DNA of 63,395 bases, the filler included, from Lenisia limosa (taxonomy: Eukaryota; Protista; Breviatea): NCBI GenBank assembly GCA_001655205.1. It is 10 parts of 10 records of this genome, joined end to end, with 100 filler letters (N's around TTAATTAATTAA, not from the genome) between each part and the next. Parts side by side here need not be neighbours in the genome. Positions count along the whole stretch, not along the records: positions 20,721 to 24,801 come from LPNZ01004453.1; positions 24,902 to 50,583 come from LPNZ01009279.1; 8 more parts are not named here. One strand, written 5' to 3'. Shown in pieces: positions 24,385 through 37,400 of the stretch (within the stretch, counting starts at the first letter, position 1; the number at the start of each line of letters is the position of its first letter). The notes beneath the pieces were generated by a model, which saw only the letters and a program-made list of their open reading frames with translations, had not been told where the DNA came from and made no database searches. Position numbers and translations under genes: made by a program.

Positions 24385-24471
24385 TCGGTTCGAAAAAAGA
24401 CTGAATTTCTCGATAAAACCTCGAAAACTATCGATATTTTACCGGTATTTTTTGAACTGAAATGAAGGCCT
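24385..24471. mobile_element. MITE family A copy (left end eroded)
   Basis: tcggttcgaaaaaagactgaatttctcgataaaacctcgaaaactatcgatattttaccgg... Confidence 0.7.
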
Positions 24472-24901
24472 GATTATGGGGTGTATAGGGGTAATTGTTA
24501 TAAATAGGATTATAAAGGGGTGTGTTGGACAGTATCTAGTGTCTCTTTTGATGTAACTTATTTTTTTGATGGGGTTGACGCTGACGGCTTTTTTATAGCC
24601 CGATATGAGCTAAATCGCATATTACATTATTATTTTTTATTTCTACAGATTAACTTTTCATTAACTTGTCCAATATTATTTCAGATCCTACGAGCGTATT
24701 AGCCCTCAAAAAGTTCTTATTTTCCTAGATACACAGGAGTATGAGCAAAATAGCATTAAATAGGATATAAGAATAGTAATATATGATATAATATAGATAG
24801 ANNNNNNNNNNNNNNNNNNNNNNNNNNNNNNNNNNNNNNNNNNNNTTAATTAATTAANNNNNNNNNNNNNNNNNNNNNNNNNNNNNNNNNNNNNNNNNNN
24901 N

Positions 24902-25533
24902 CACTGGTTTTTGTGGACAGGGATATATGATATAAATTATATCCACAAAGCAATGAGAAAAAAATTACAATATTATATACACAAAGTATATCATACTATT
25001 TGTTAAGATATTCTCCTTAATTCAAATAATTAACGTTCCTTGACATTTGCACCTCCAGAGGTGAATGGACCAGCCGCGTTGCTCTGCTTACGAAGTAATA
25101 CGGGGTGCGCCCATCTCGTGAAGTGTCTCGTGACACTCTCTCATTGCGTTCATGACGTCTTCCCAGTCACCTTCCATGTCGGTTCCTTTGATGATAAGGT
25201 ACAAGCATACTGAATCGAAAGAAAACACAAAAGACCAATATAGGAAACAAAATTGCCAAGTTGACAAAAATGACATTGACAAACAAAACAATGGTATAGC
25301 AAACTAACCATAAGAATGAAGCTTGGTGTTGAGGTTGTGGGACTTGAGGATGTCTTCGCAGACGGCCACATATTTTGAGACGCTAGTGCCAACACCAATG
25401 GGCACAACACACAGGTCAGCAATCACGTTGAAGGGCTATATCGTCAGATGAGACATCAATAAAGCGACACTTGCTCTCTGTCTCTGTCTCTCTCTCTCTC
25501 TCTCTCTCATTCCTTCTCAAAAATTACAACCAT
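24902..25533 (-). CDS. ECM15: UPF0045 / thiamine-binding protein family (MTH1187/Ecm15-like); last exon lost in a gap
   Basis: ATG 25533, intron, then PFNVIADLCVVPIGVGTSVSKYVAVCEDILKSHNLNTKLHSYGTDMEGDWEDVMNAMRECHETLHEMGAPRITS, the characteristic family sequence. Confidence 0.85.
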
Positions 25534-25574
25534 AAAGCTTTAAACTATTTACAATCAGCCTCTGCCTTCGGGGA

Positions 25575-28440
25575 ATGACATTCCGAATTGAGCTACATCT
25601 CGAGCCATACCTTCTTCGCAGTCATCATAACTGGGGTAACGTGGAGCCTGTGGATGTCAAAACCGATCAAAATAATAAAAATGCACAAACGCACATAACC
25701 TCATTCTCAAGAGCGTACATTCTGAGCCCAGTGGTACTGAAAAGTCCTGTTTTGGCAAGGTGGAACATTTTTGTTCAGATTTTGTTGACGACGATGCTGG
25801 TTTCCTGGTTTCACTGTTTAGGGTTTATTCTTATACTCACCACAAGGATCAATCAATTTAGCGGCCATAAAAAGGGGGGGGGGGGCAAACCGCCACCCGC
25901 CACGCCCTGATCTTTCAACTTTTTGAACTATTTTTGTTTACGACTGGCTGACGACTGGTGTGCGACTGGTTTACGACGGGCGAAAAATAACGTAGTAACA
26001 AGAGATTGGAGGAAAAAGAGACACTGATCACCTCCAGAACATAAATATGTTTAGTCCACTTATGCAACATTGTATTCCTTTATTGCTACTTCTAGGATGG
26101 TTTGTTGCGGGTTATGATTAGGTTTGTTCATGACGACTAAGCTTTGGGCGGCTTTTAATTACAGATGTTTTTTTTTTGATGGGTTCACAGGCTGACTCTG
26201 ACAAGCGCAACCGTTAGCATAAATTCTGAAGGGAAGGCATCTATAGCCTTCATAGAATCGTCTGACCTCGATGCACCCATTTTGAAGGTGGGCCTGGCTG
26301 CCTGTTGTCCACTAATCTGGTTTCCTTTAGGGTGAGCTCAACCCTCAAGATCTGAATTCTGGTTGGTTTGGTCTTTCTTTTGTTTTGACTGCGCAGTCAT
26401 GACTTGGGAAGTGGTTGCAGTTGAAGGCTCAAGAGTGTTGATGAATGTCACGGACCTGCTGCGCGATGAGAACACTTTCATTCGGGTACGTTCGTCATCA
26501 GCATTAACCCCCCAGTTTACCTCGACCCTCGGTGCCGTTTCAAAATACTCTCTCAACGGCGTTGTCGGCGACTCCTTTAATATCACTGCGCCCACTGCTG
26601 GGCTCTATAATGTCCAAGTGGGGAGGGGGTATCGACATGAATATTGGTGCGTTTGTCATGATTTAGGCATGTATCAATCGGCTCTGTGGGCCGGCTTTGC
26701 TCCTCGAGGTGAGTGTTGTCTATTAAGGGGGTCTTGTCTTACCATTCAGCTTAAGGAAATCCCATACATCATCGAGGTATGGGGGGTCAGTTTTAGTAGC
26801 AGGGTTGATACCCTCCTCGTTTGTACTTCACTCAAAAATCGCTTTCTCTAATATCAGATGGGGGAAAACGAATGAAATTGATATTATATTATCATCTACT
26901 ATATGATATGAGATATGAGATATGATAGTATTTATCATATGTATATCATAGTATATAATATAATATAAATATGATCGATATTAGTACAAAATACTACGAT
27001 ATGTACATGTATAGTAATATAGTATATACTATATCATCTCACAATCATATATTAGTGTACTATTTATTTTTTATTGCTCATTGCTATATCATATATACTA
27101 TATCATATTGTATTCGCTATCAATATCAGGAGGTTCAGTGATAATGGTACTCTAGAGGGCTGAAACAGCAACTGTTCCCCCTGTTGGGCTTCCTGAGTTC
27201 CCTTCAATAACTTGGCCCTCTGGTTCGTTTTCCATTGAGGTTTGTAGTGCGACCCTCGTGTTCTCTTCATGGTTGTGTTATGGATGGAAACCAAACTGGT
27301 GCCAATCATTCAAATGTAGATGTGGGGCCTGATTTCAGCATCTTCACCCACGGGATCCTATTTTGCCTTTATGGGAACTGCTGTCGATGGATTGACCTCT
27401 GCCAAATCTTATCACTCTATTTTGCAGTTCTACCGTTTTAGCGTTTGTTCCTTTTATTCAAGGATCTTTCTGACTAACACAGTCAACAACAGTCAAGACA
27501 AACGTTTATTTTAATGGAGTTGGCTACCACACTGACGTTGCTCTCAGTCCAGGTCTGTCCCTTGTTGATCTGTCATTTAGTGAAGGTAATGATTGTAACA
27601 ACGCAGTTCTGGGAGACTGGAACTCTTGGATCGTCTCGTTTGACTCAACAACTTCGGTGAGGTTCATGGATATTTAGCAACTCACGATCTAGACCTTTAG
27701 TAGTTACTTGAATGGTGTGCTTGCTGGAACCAAAACATCAGTCACACCTCCTACTCCAGGAAATGTGGTGAGTGGGTTCTGTGGAAGGTGATTATGTCAA
27801 CCATGTAATATACACATTGACGATATAACAATTTTTGTCTATTATTGTATTAATGGTAGACGATTGGGATTCGCGGGACAAAATTGTAATAAGATAACGT
27901 GCCACAGGAGTTTGTTCCACTGACGCACTTCAAAGACAACGTTTCCCCTCTCCAAGTCTACGAGTCAAACAAGGGCCTCTATCCTGGTGAAAAGATGGCT
28001 TCAGTGGGTTTGGCTATTAATGTAAAGCTGTAATTAAAATTTCACTCTGTAGATCCGAATGTACAATAAAGCCTTTAGCGCTGGCGAGATCGTAACCCTT
28101 CACAGCAAGGGTGTGTCAGTAGAGGTGGGTGAAGCATCATACCTGACCCTCCAGTCGCCCTACAGCTCTAATATTCACTACGAGTTCAAACCTTCCGCTG
28201 ATGAAGGATCCTACTCCGACGATGTATTGTTTACCACTCTCTAATTCATGTAATGAGACCTGAGATTACAAGGCGGAATCAATAAATAACGAAAAATAAT
28301 ACCATAATGGAACACAATAATACCTATAACCAGGTCAAAGCAAGTCGCAATCTTCCCTCCTGACGCTGAAGGTACTGCCGCCTCCCCTCCAAAATCTAAA
28401 CCGTCAGGATAGTGTTACCTTGTTACCCACCATTTCAACC
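25575..28440 (+). CDS. Probable extracellular protein with FN3-like and LamG/concanavalin-A-like modules (ends uncertain)
   Basis: Exons give ...APTAGLYNVQ/ACINRLCGP (FN3 F-G strand pattern), WNSWIVSFDSTTS/SYLNGVLAGT and IRMYNKAFSAGEIVTL (LamG-like C-terminal motif). Splicing near 27130-27190 is unresolved. Confidence 0.55.
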
Positions 28441-28476
28441 ACATTTTTGCACTGCTCATTTGAAGAGCACACAACT

Positions 28477-31400
28477 TCATGGGTTTTTTGACTTGACCGC
28501 ATTAACTGCTGCGTGAGCCCTGATGATATCACAAACCTTTCCTTTCACGGTGTATGAAATCTGAACTTTGTTGGACTTCCTCTCAAGCTTTGCGTCAACA
28601 AACACTTGAAATGTGAGACTTGAAGCAAAGATTCCCTCCCCACGTTTATACTCCACCACCCAGTCCAAGACCATGCTGTCATTGAACTTCAAGATGGAAT
28701 CCGGGGACACGCACACGGTGCTGTTCTGTGGAAGCCTACAGAGAGACACGACGACACTTGGTGCCTGGATTATGAGATATTGCGGCACCGAGATGACCAA
28801 CTTTACTATTGGCCGTTTTGATGGCACTAACAGCTCGAGCAGCAATGGCGTGGTAGGGAACAACAGCCTAATAAGGTGAAAATCGACAACTACCCCATAC
28901 GCCATCAGCCGTGAACGCTCTAGGTAGACGCATGAGCCCGGCGTGTGTTTTGATTGTCATTGAAGCCATCGTACGACTCAACACAAGCGCGCCAGCCTGG
29001 GGGAATCGTCAGAAATGCTGCAAGTAAATCGTCCCCAACCATTTTGGCAAAATGCACGGGCTTAGCCACATTGTATTGAATAGTGGAGGCCATAGCATTT
29101 CCGGTCAACTACATGGTAAAAGGGAATATTTGGGCCTCGACGTACCCTTCGTAGGTTGCTCTCAAATGATTCACTGTAGTGCGTTTGGAACTTGAGAGTC
29201 AGTGTGTGTGTGAGTTAGTGATATCCTAGGTAGTCCCAGTGTGTGTGTGAGCTAGTGATATCTTAGTCCCAGGTTAGATGGACACGTAGTCCTCAGTAAG
29301 TCAATACATCACCCTGTCCCACTCTTTCTTGGAGATCTCCAGTGTGAAACGTTTGTTCAGTGAACGATAGAGATGACATACTCAGAGACGACTTATTCAC
29401 CTGGGGGTTAGGTCACAATTAGAGGCTTACCTTGATTCTCCTGAGTTTCTTAATTGTAGGGTGTATTGACGGCGATTCAGATGTATCTATAGAGCTGCAA
29501 CGTCAGAATTGACTGTAATAAACCATTAAACACAAATCAGTCAGATATATGTAGTACTATATGATATCACCCTCGAGATTATTCCACCAGCCCACCTTGG
29601 CGTATTGGAGAGGAGAATGGAGATGGGTGACACGGACAGGGAGCCGAAATGCCTGAGTCGCGGCAAAGACGTGCCGTTTTGAAGACCTTGGATGGACTCC
29701 GGCGGCCGGGGGTCTACTGCGTTACAGGCTTGGAACAACATACCATTGCTTTGTCTCTGTGGGATTTTGGAGGGCAGCGGGGAGGCCAGAGAATTGAGGA
29801 ACTTGGTCGGGCTAAGACCAGAGCCAGTTGAGAAGAACTCAGCAAGGGCCTGGGGGGGGGGGGGNNNNNNNNNNTTACCTGTAAGGCGTTAAAAAGTAAG
29901 GGAAATAATAGAAGATCCGACTTATTAACGGTCACAATCCAATCATAACGCTTAGAGCCGTCCCAAGCATACGACCCCCGAGGGGATCAAAGCTGGATGG
30001 ACAGAGCGCGGACCAGACCAGACTGCAGAAAAGAATCTCAACAGGTACGAACAATATGGTGTCAATCAAACTGTGACCATTCTAAACTATACTGATGCTG
30101 AGCAAAACAGTTGTAATGGTATCAACAAAAAGTGGCTGGGCAAACAAAGCACAAACAAAACAAACACACATACAGCAAACAGTAAAATAAAAACAACAGT
30201 ACAAAAAAAAAAAAAAAAANNNNNNNNNNNNNNNNNNNNNNNNNNNNNNNNNNNNNNNNNNNNNNNNNNNNNNNNNNNNNNNNNNNNNNNNNNNNNNNNN
30301 NNNNNNNNNNNNNNNNNNNNNNNNNNNNNNNNNNNNNNNNNNNNNNNNNNNNNNNNNNNNNNNNNNNNATTCCACCGGCAGCCTACATGAAGATGAGCAG
30401 CATTGGTGACGACCTGGAGGGGCTGGAGGGCCACGTGACACTTGGGGAACACCACCACCCGGCCGCGCACAACAGACACCGTCACATCAATCTGGAGGGC
30501 CGAGGATAAAATGGAAACAATGTTGCAAAGCAAAAAATTACAAAACCAAATATTAACTGTGTTGGTGAGGTGAGAAAAAACGTTTTCCGTACAGATACGC
30601 ATTGGTAGGCATGTGTGCTGGGGTTCTGCGTGACCATAATGGGCGTGTCAGGGTTATCGGGGCTCTCAATCTGCAGACGTTGCGCGTTGAGTTGGACATC
30701 AAATCCCTAAAAGATAACCCCACGAAAGCATCAAGAACGGCAATATCGCGCCTCCAACTCTTGGCCCCGGGCCGGCTTCAGCAGTAATCCTATCCAGCGA
30801 GAAGTAGGCCAGTTCTGAAGGGTGTTGTGCGCCGCCGAGATGCTCAACTACTGTTGAGAGTCGGACGCCTTGCAGGAACAAGTTGAACCTGCGGGGTGAA
30901 AAGGGGATTAAATTAAGTGCGAGGAGAGGGGGAGGGGTAATTTTAGTTGAAATCAATTTAGATTTGATGTCTATCCGTAGCCACCAGGAAATAATGCCCC
31001 CCCCCCCCANNNNNNNNNNNNNNNNNNNNNNNNNNNNNNNNNNNNNNNNNNNNNNNNNNNNNNNNNNNNNNNNNNNNNNNNNNNNNNNNNNNNNNNNNNN
31101 NNATGCCATATTGGAGGACAGAGCAGTGATAGTGGCTACATAATGAGCGTTCATGTAACAATTGACCAACGACCCAAGGTCAATAGCGCTACCTACCTGA
31201 GCTCTGCCCTTGGGCACTCATTGCTAAAGTATCAGCTCAAATTTGAAGGACATTCACAAGAAATCAGTCGTACATACCAGGGAACACTGCTACTGGACTC
31301 GGGTCTCCGGGAATGGACGTCAGCTGTCGACTTACCGAGACAACCTAAAGTGTCACATAGCGACGTGTCTCACCTTCGTAGGGCCCTCGGGCATGACGGT

Positions 31401-34400
31401 TACTGATAGGCCCGGAACAAGTCCGTCATTGGCCTCCTGAAAGGGTCACATCTCAACATTCTAATAACACCAGATATTTTGAATTGAGATTCCCTTTGGT
31501 CCAAGGAAAACGACTGAAGGGAGGCTCACGTCTCTACACTTGGAATACGCTCTAAAAGACTCAAGGTCAATTTGGCCTTTGAGGGGGTTGCCTTGAACGT
31601 ATAACTTGATTGCATGGGGGGCTTGGAGGTTATCTAAACAGAAGGACCGTTGCGACTATTTTGGTAAAAAAAAAAGAGAGAAAGTAATAAAACCGAATAC
31701 ACAAGTGTCAAATACCACATAACGCACCATTGGCGGGACCTTGTGTGTTCCCATCTCCACGCCCGCTTGATGGAACCAGATTGAGTCGGAAGTGAAGTTC
31801 CGAAGACGGTAAGGAGGATGGCCCGGCCGCTCATGGTGCAGCGTCATGATCTTAAGGCGGTTAGGTGTGGCGGTGAATAAACGTATAATGCTTGATGAGA
31901 CCCTGACTAACCATGCACGCTTCATTGAGACGGGCTTCCAAACGAACAATTTGGTAGTCAAGGTCAAAGCCTTTCTTTCCCAAAGGAAGCTATACGTTCA
32001 GCAACCAACACTCAGTATACCGACAAACTTTAACCGCCACTTCGCCTTCAGACGGAGGGATAGCTGTAGACCACGGCTGCCCTGCAAGACGGATTTGGAA
32101 GGCTTCTTCTCCCTACAATGTCATATTATATCATCTTTTTAAGCTCATTTTCCCTCCCAATCCGATTGAACCGCATACAGTTGGGATAGTCCAGATAAGG
32201 GGTGCTGAACGACCAGGATCGAGAGTGAAAATTTCGGGTGAAAGGTCCTAAGAAGTTACTTGGTCGAGTCCAGCATATAATATGATACAGTATGCCTTCT
32301 GTATTATCCTTAACAGAACCCCACCCCACAGTGTTCTGCGAAGCCGACGGTGATGTTTGACTATATGACGCCTTTGTATGGGTCTTAGCAACTTGTCGGT
32401 ATTCTTAGGGGCAAATAAGGACGGGGGGAAGACATAATCATTCAGTTGGCAACAGAACAGAATTGAATTTCCTTGTTCCTTTTGAAAGAAAGATCATCCA
32501 GAATCGCAAAATCAGTGCCCTCTTGATTAGCTTCTTGTTCCCACGCACCAACAGCCGCCTCCAGTCCGTTGATCATGGTGTAGAGTGGCGTGACGGTAAC
32601 AATTTTTGTGGCATCGAAAGGTGGAATCGCGTCATCAATCTTGATACCAACAGACATTCGGTAATTGTCTCCTGAACAGTGAGATGGCTTCCCAATGTCA
32701 TGTAGCTCCCACGTAAGAGGTCCACAAAGCCAGTCCAAGGGCTTTGATCAACACGAATCTCCTGCGAAAACCTTGGGCGTTAAAAGCGCACTTGCAAATA
32801 GGTTTTCTCACTTTCCTTTGGGAAGCGCTAGTGCCATTTTGTGCCAGGCTTTGTCCATTCCATTACCGCTGGACAGAGCAATTGCAGGTCCTAAAGTGTT
32901 GGATGGACCAACAAAGCAGGTTACCTACCCCTTGCTCCGTGAATGATCGGAGTGTTGCTTTGTCTGTTTCCGACTCGGTAGACAATGTCCTGCCCCGTCC
33001 AATTGACCATCCAGAAAGGCATCCAAATCCGAACCTGGAGAGTCAGAAAAGAAACTGAACCAAAGAACAAGGAAAACAAGTGCTACCAAATCATACCCTT
33101 CTTAGACCGAAGAGATTGTTGTGCTGTAAAGAGATATGCAGATCGGCAGTTGAAGAGCTACCGGGTGGGGTGGTTGGTGACATGTCAACTTGTGTGGGGT
33201 TCTGGGAATAAGAATTTCACAACGGTTCTACAGGTACAATATAGTTATAGTAAGGATTAATCAAAAACTTTGCCCGTTGAGGGGAAGACTACGTTTCAAC
33301 GTAAAATGCTCACCTCCTCAGAGCCGATGACGGGGAAGGGCTTCGAGGTAAAGCCTTGGAAGGTCGTTGAGCATACAGTGACTTCGCTGCAATAGTCACA
33401 CCAACCAACAACAGACTAACCTTGGCCGTGAAGAGTAGATCAGCCACTTCTGGCTTGGAGCCAGTTTTTGTTCCAGCATAGCACCAGAAGAGGTTTGGAG
33501 GGACAGTATCGCCTTGAACGTGAGCTCAAGATAAGACGAGGCTTACAGAGCTACAGAGGAGATTGACAAGTACCAAAGGCGGCCGGATATCAATCATATA
33601 CGGCATGGGTTGGCCCCTGGAGTGTAATCTAGCAGACAGTTGATTAATGTGACACAATATTTGCATCTCACAAACGATTTTTCTTGAAGCTTGATTGTGG
33701 TGATGATGAAGAAAATGGGATGCCGTGTGTCGAGGGATTCTGGGAAGTGGGTGGGCTTGCAAAAGAGAGATATTAACTGTATCACAGTGTAATACAAAGA
33801 AATATAACTGTATAAAAGCTAAGCAGACTGTGTTTGGAGTTGTCGTTGACAGTGGGGTTGCAGGCCACAGTAAAGGGAACGTCACTTGGCTGGAGAGTGG
33901 CGGGGTGTGATGCGGTGTAGTTGAGGCCCTCCGGTGTGATGGTGAAGTCGCCTGCATGTTAATAGGTTACAAGGAACAAACCGTAACACGAGACAAAAAG
34001 CGGGAGTAATCGGGTCTGTCTTGGTTTGAGCTTGATTACCGGGTGCGCTGCTACAGCCCTGTCATCTGGGGTAGTCTGATAGGTTAGGTTTGTACATGGC
34101 ACCAAATTTATTTCTCTCACTTGCTCTTATTTTCTTCTCATCCCTTCATTCCATAATTCTATTTTGAGGTTAAGCGAAAATTTTCCTATTCGTTTTGTGG
34201 ATTTAATTCGTTTTTGATATTTTTTTCTCTCCAGGTCAACTTTGTGATTCCGCTGCTGAAACCATGAATAAGGGCCGGGATGGTGGGTAGTGGTGGATGG
34301 ACGTTTTTTAAATTCGAATTAGGGGGTTCAATACTTTTTGTTAGTTTGCGAATTTGGTTTTTGCATATGAATTCAGCCTTTGGTATCTTAGAGAAACCCA

Positions 34401-37400
34401 ATCCGGGGATAAGTGTGTAAAAGACGAGAAGTATTCAGGAATAAGCATGTTCTGCTGTGCTTACGCTACAATGAGTCTTTGAAGTAAAATGAAACACGAG
34501 TGGCTGATATTGGCCCAAATACTCTCAAGAAGCAAGTCAGCGGGATGTCACAGAAGTTGCGGAGAGTACACGCAGACGAAATTGTGATCTTTGGGGTGAG
34601 TAAGAGCAGCAATGGGCCAATAATAAGCACCCCCTGCGAACGGTCTTGCCACCGGCCTGCGTGCGCGTTGTAGCGCAAATGACGTAAGGCTGAGGGCGGC
34701 GGTGGTCTCGAATGTGGTACACCTATCAAAGAAATGAGATTTCTTCTGGAGTTCTCGGTACAACTGGCAAAGTCCACTATTCGCTAACTTCTGTTCCAAT
34801 TTTGCTGCAGTCCACAAAATGACGGCCTGCAAATCCTTGAACTTCAAAGTACACGCGCGAGGGGTTCGAGCTTGCGGCTACACAGTTTTAGGGACAAGAT
34901 AAAGGTCATTTCAAGAATAAAAGTTTGGTCGAATCAGAGGCAATCAAGACGTACCAGCCTTGATCGGGTCAAATGGTGACGTGTTTGTTGATGAGAACCG
35001 AGAGGGACGCACACCAGCAAGGAGATCAAACGACGCTTGCTCCTCTGATGAGTGAACAGAAAAAGACACGGTAGGTGGTAGATGTGAGTCGTCATCAAAA
35101 ACCATCCAACCATGCTGTATGAGAGTGGAGGATGATGGTGCCACTATCTTCACTGGAAGGCCAAGCTGAAAGGTTATCATTGACACTGCGTTGGTCTGAC
35201 AAAGGGGGGACCAAGCCCACATGGTTGAAGAAGACAAATGGAGCTGTGTTACGTCTGTGGTGTACCAGGGGGTCCTTCAACTGCTTCACCACCCGGGCTG
35301 TAAACTGAACTGTAAGAAGGCACGAACACCAACAAACCAATAGACTGTCGTCAAGAATGTCCTTAGTGATAGTGAGCTCCAACGGCTGGTTACACACAAC
35401 AGACACTGCAGACTGAATTCGCGCTGGTTCGTCACAAGATCAATAATCTCTCCCATTAGTTGCCCCATCATACGAGGTATGGACACAACGCTCTTAGCCT
35501 TGAGAGTGGCCACTGAATGAGTCGGCTCCATCACCGGAACCCAGGCGGCCGTGAAGGCACTGAACATCTCCGCGCTACTGTCTATGGACGTTTCGGCCTT
35601 GAGGTTGCTGGACAACGACCCGTGTGCGTATGCAGTTATGTGTGAGGTTGTCTAAATGGTCAGAAATAAACAGCCCAACGAGATACCCACTCTGATGACT
35701 GGCCGTGGTAAGCATTGGGTTTCATCTTCAATCAGAACCGAAAGGTGATCCGCAGTGAAGGACAGCTAAATGGTGACATTGAGCAATTTGAAGGACCGCC
35801 CGAACCTCAAAGTTGGTATCACAAATAAGGGCCGACTGGGCAATTGAGTCGATCAAAAGATCACGCGACACTAAAAATTAGTCAAGGACTGGAATAGCTC
35901 ACATTCGTCGACGTCGTCAGCAGTGACAAAAGCTGGTGGTGGTGATATCGCCTCCACTAAGGTGTAACAATAAAAAAAGATGATGTGATACAGTCACGTA
36001 AATACAGCCCCCAATAATCGCTCACATTTGAATCCGAGCCGCCGCATGTAGCTGGTCCGGCGTGGCCATCCCCTCATTGTGATAGCGGTAGCCGAAGAGA
36101 TGAGCAAGGCGTCAGAGGTGGAGAGAATGAAGACAACAGCACCTGGGGCCACTGAAGCTCTGGAAAATTAGTTGGTTGTCCCTTCATCTCAACACGCACT
36201 TCAGAGTGGGCGCGAGTCTGCGGTCCCATGAAGCCGCCATCATTGCCAGCACATCGACAGTCTCCAATATGGCCGCGGAAGTGATCTCGTCAGAGAGACG
36301 GCGATCGGTCCAGGCGGCTGCGGGGGGGGGGGGANNNNNNNNNNNNNNNNNNNNNNNNNNNNNNNNNNNNNNNNNNNNNNNNNNNNNNNNNNNNNNNNNN
36401 NNNNNNNNNNNAGGCGGACAATCTAAGAGCGCCTACATAGGTCCTTTAGGCATTGGTCAACATGAAACTCCGGTTTGGGACCCAATCGGCTGTTGATTGT
36501 CCAAGTCATGTGGGCCGCCTTGAGCACTTGTTGGGCCCTCTGCAGGGTTAGCAGGCTCTTATTGTAAAGGAGAATTGTAACGCCTCCAACTGATCCTTCG
36601 TCTTCATCAACAAGAAGGACTATCTGCGGCTCCCTCACAATTATGATTGCCTGAATTGTCAAAATAGATCGGGTCACAAGTCCAAAAGAGAACAAAGGAA
36701 TGGCAGTCTCCACCTCAAACCGTCAGGTGATCCAAAGTGGTAAACCATTGAGACTACAAATGTTAGGGAGCTAACGGGGGAAATCGCCCTATTGATGTAC
36801 AAGGATTTCAGGAAACAGTCACCTTACATGTTGCCAACCTTTGCGAACAATTCATGAGGTAGACAGTCCGGGTGGAGTGTGGGTACAATTGGCGATGGTG
36901 TTGCGATCACAGCTGAAACGTTAAAGTCCGAAGTCAATGAAGGACTTGTCAAATGAAGTAACATAAACCCCACAAACGGTTGAGAAGAGGGTCATGTTCA
37001 TCGTCAATAGGGAATAGAAGGGGACTGCTGCTACTAAAATGTGAGGATAGCACGGACGGCGATACCTTGGCACTGGTTTAAGCGGGGCTAGGAACGAGAT
37101 TTCCAAAATTGCGGCAGCGAGGGACGGAGATAGTCTTATTTGCGGCTTATTCACGCCACAGGTTACGGCGATGCCCTTCAAACGTCAAACAAAACCATGT
37201 GAGTGACAGGGCTAACCTTGTTGTTCTCCGGTTGGAACGCCTGGGCGGTCTCAGTACTTGGTGTGCAAGACAGCAGGATAGAAGGGTCATTACTACCTGA
37301 CCTCACGTCCTCAATGACAACGTCGCTGCAGAGTCAGCTTCAACATTCCAAAAGTCACGCCACTCACCCGACACCAGCGCGACAGTAAATCTTGCCCTTC

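Noticed and set aside
28470-29110. TGA reassignment (plus-strand frames interrupted only by TGA; also an isolated TGA at 27161)
   Set aside because: These frames are antisense shadows of VPS13 exons. Conserved Trp positions in confidently identified genes use TGG. The 27161 case is more simply an unresolved splice.
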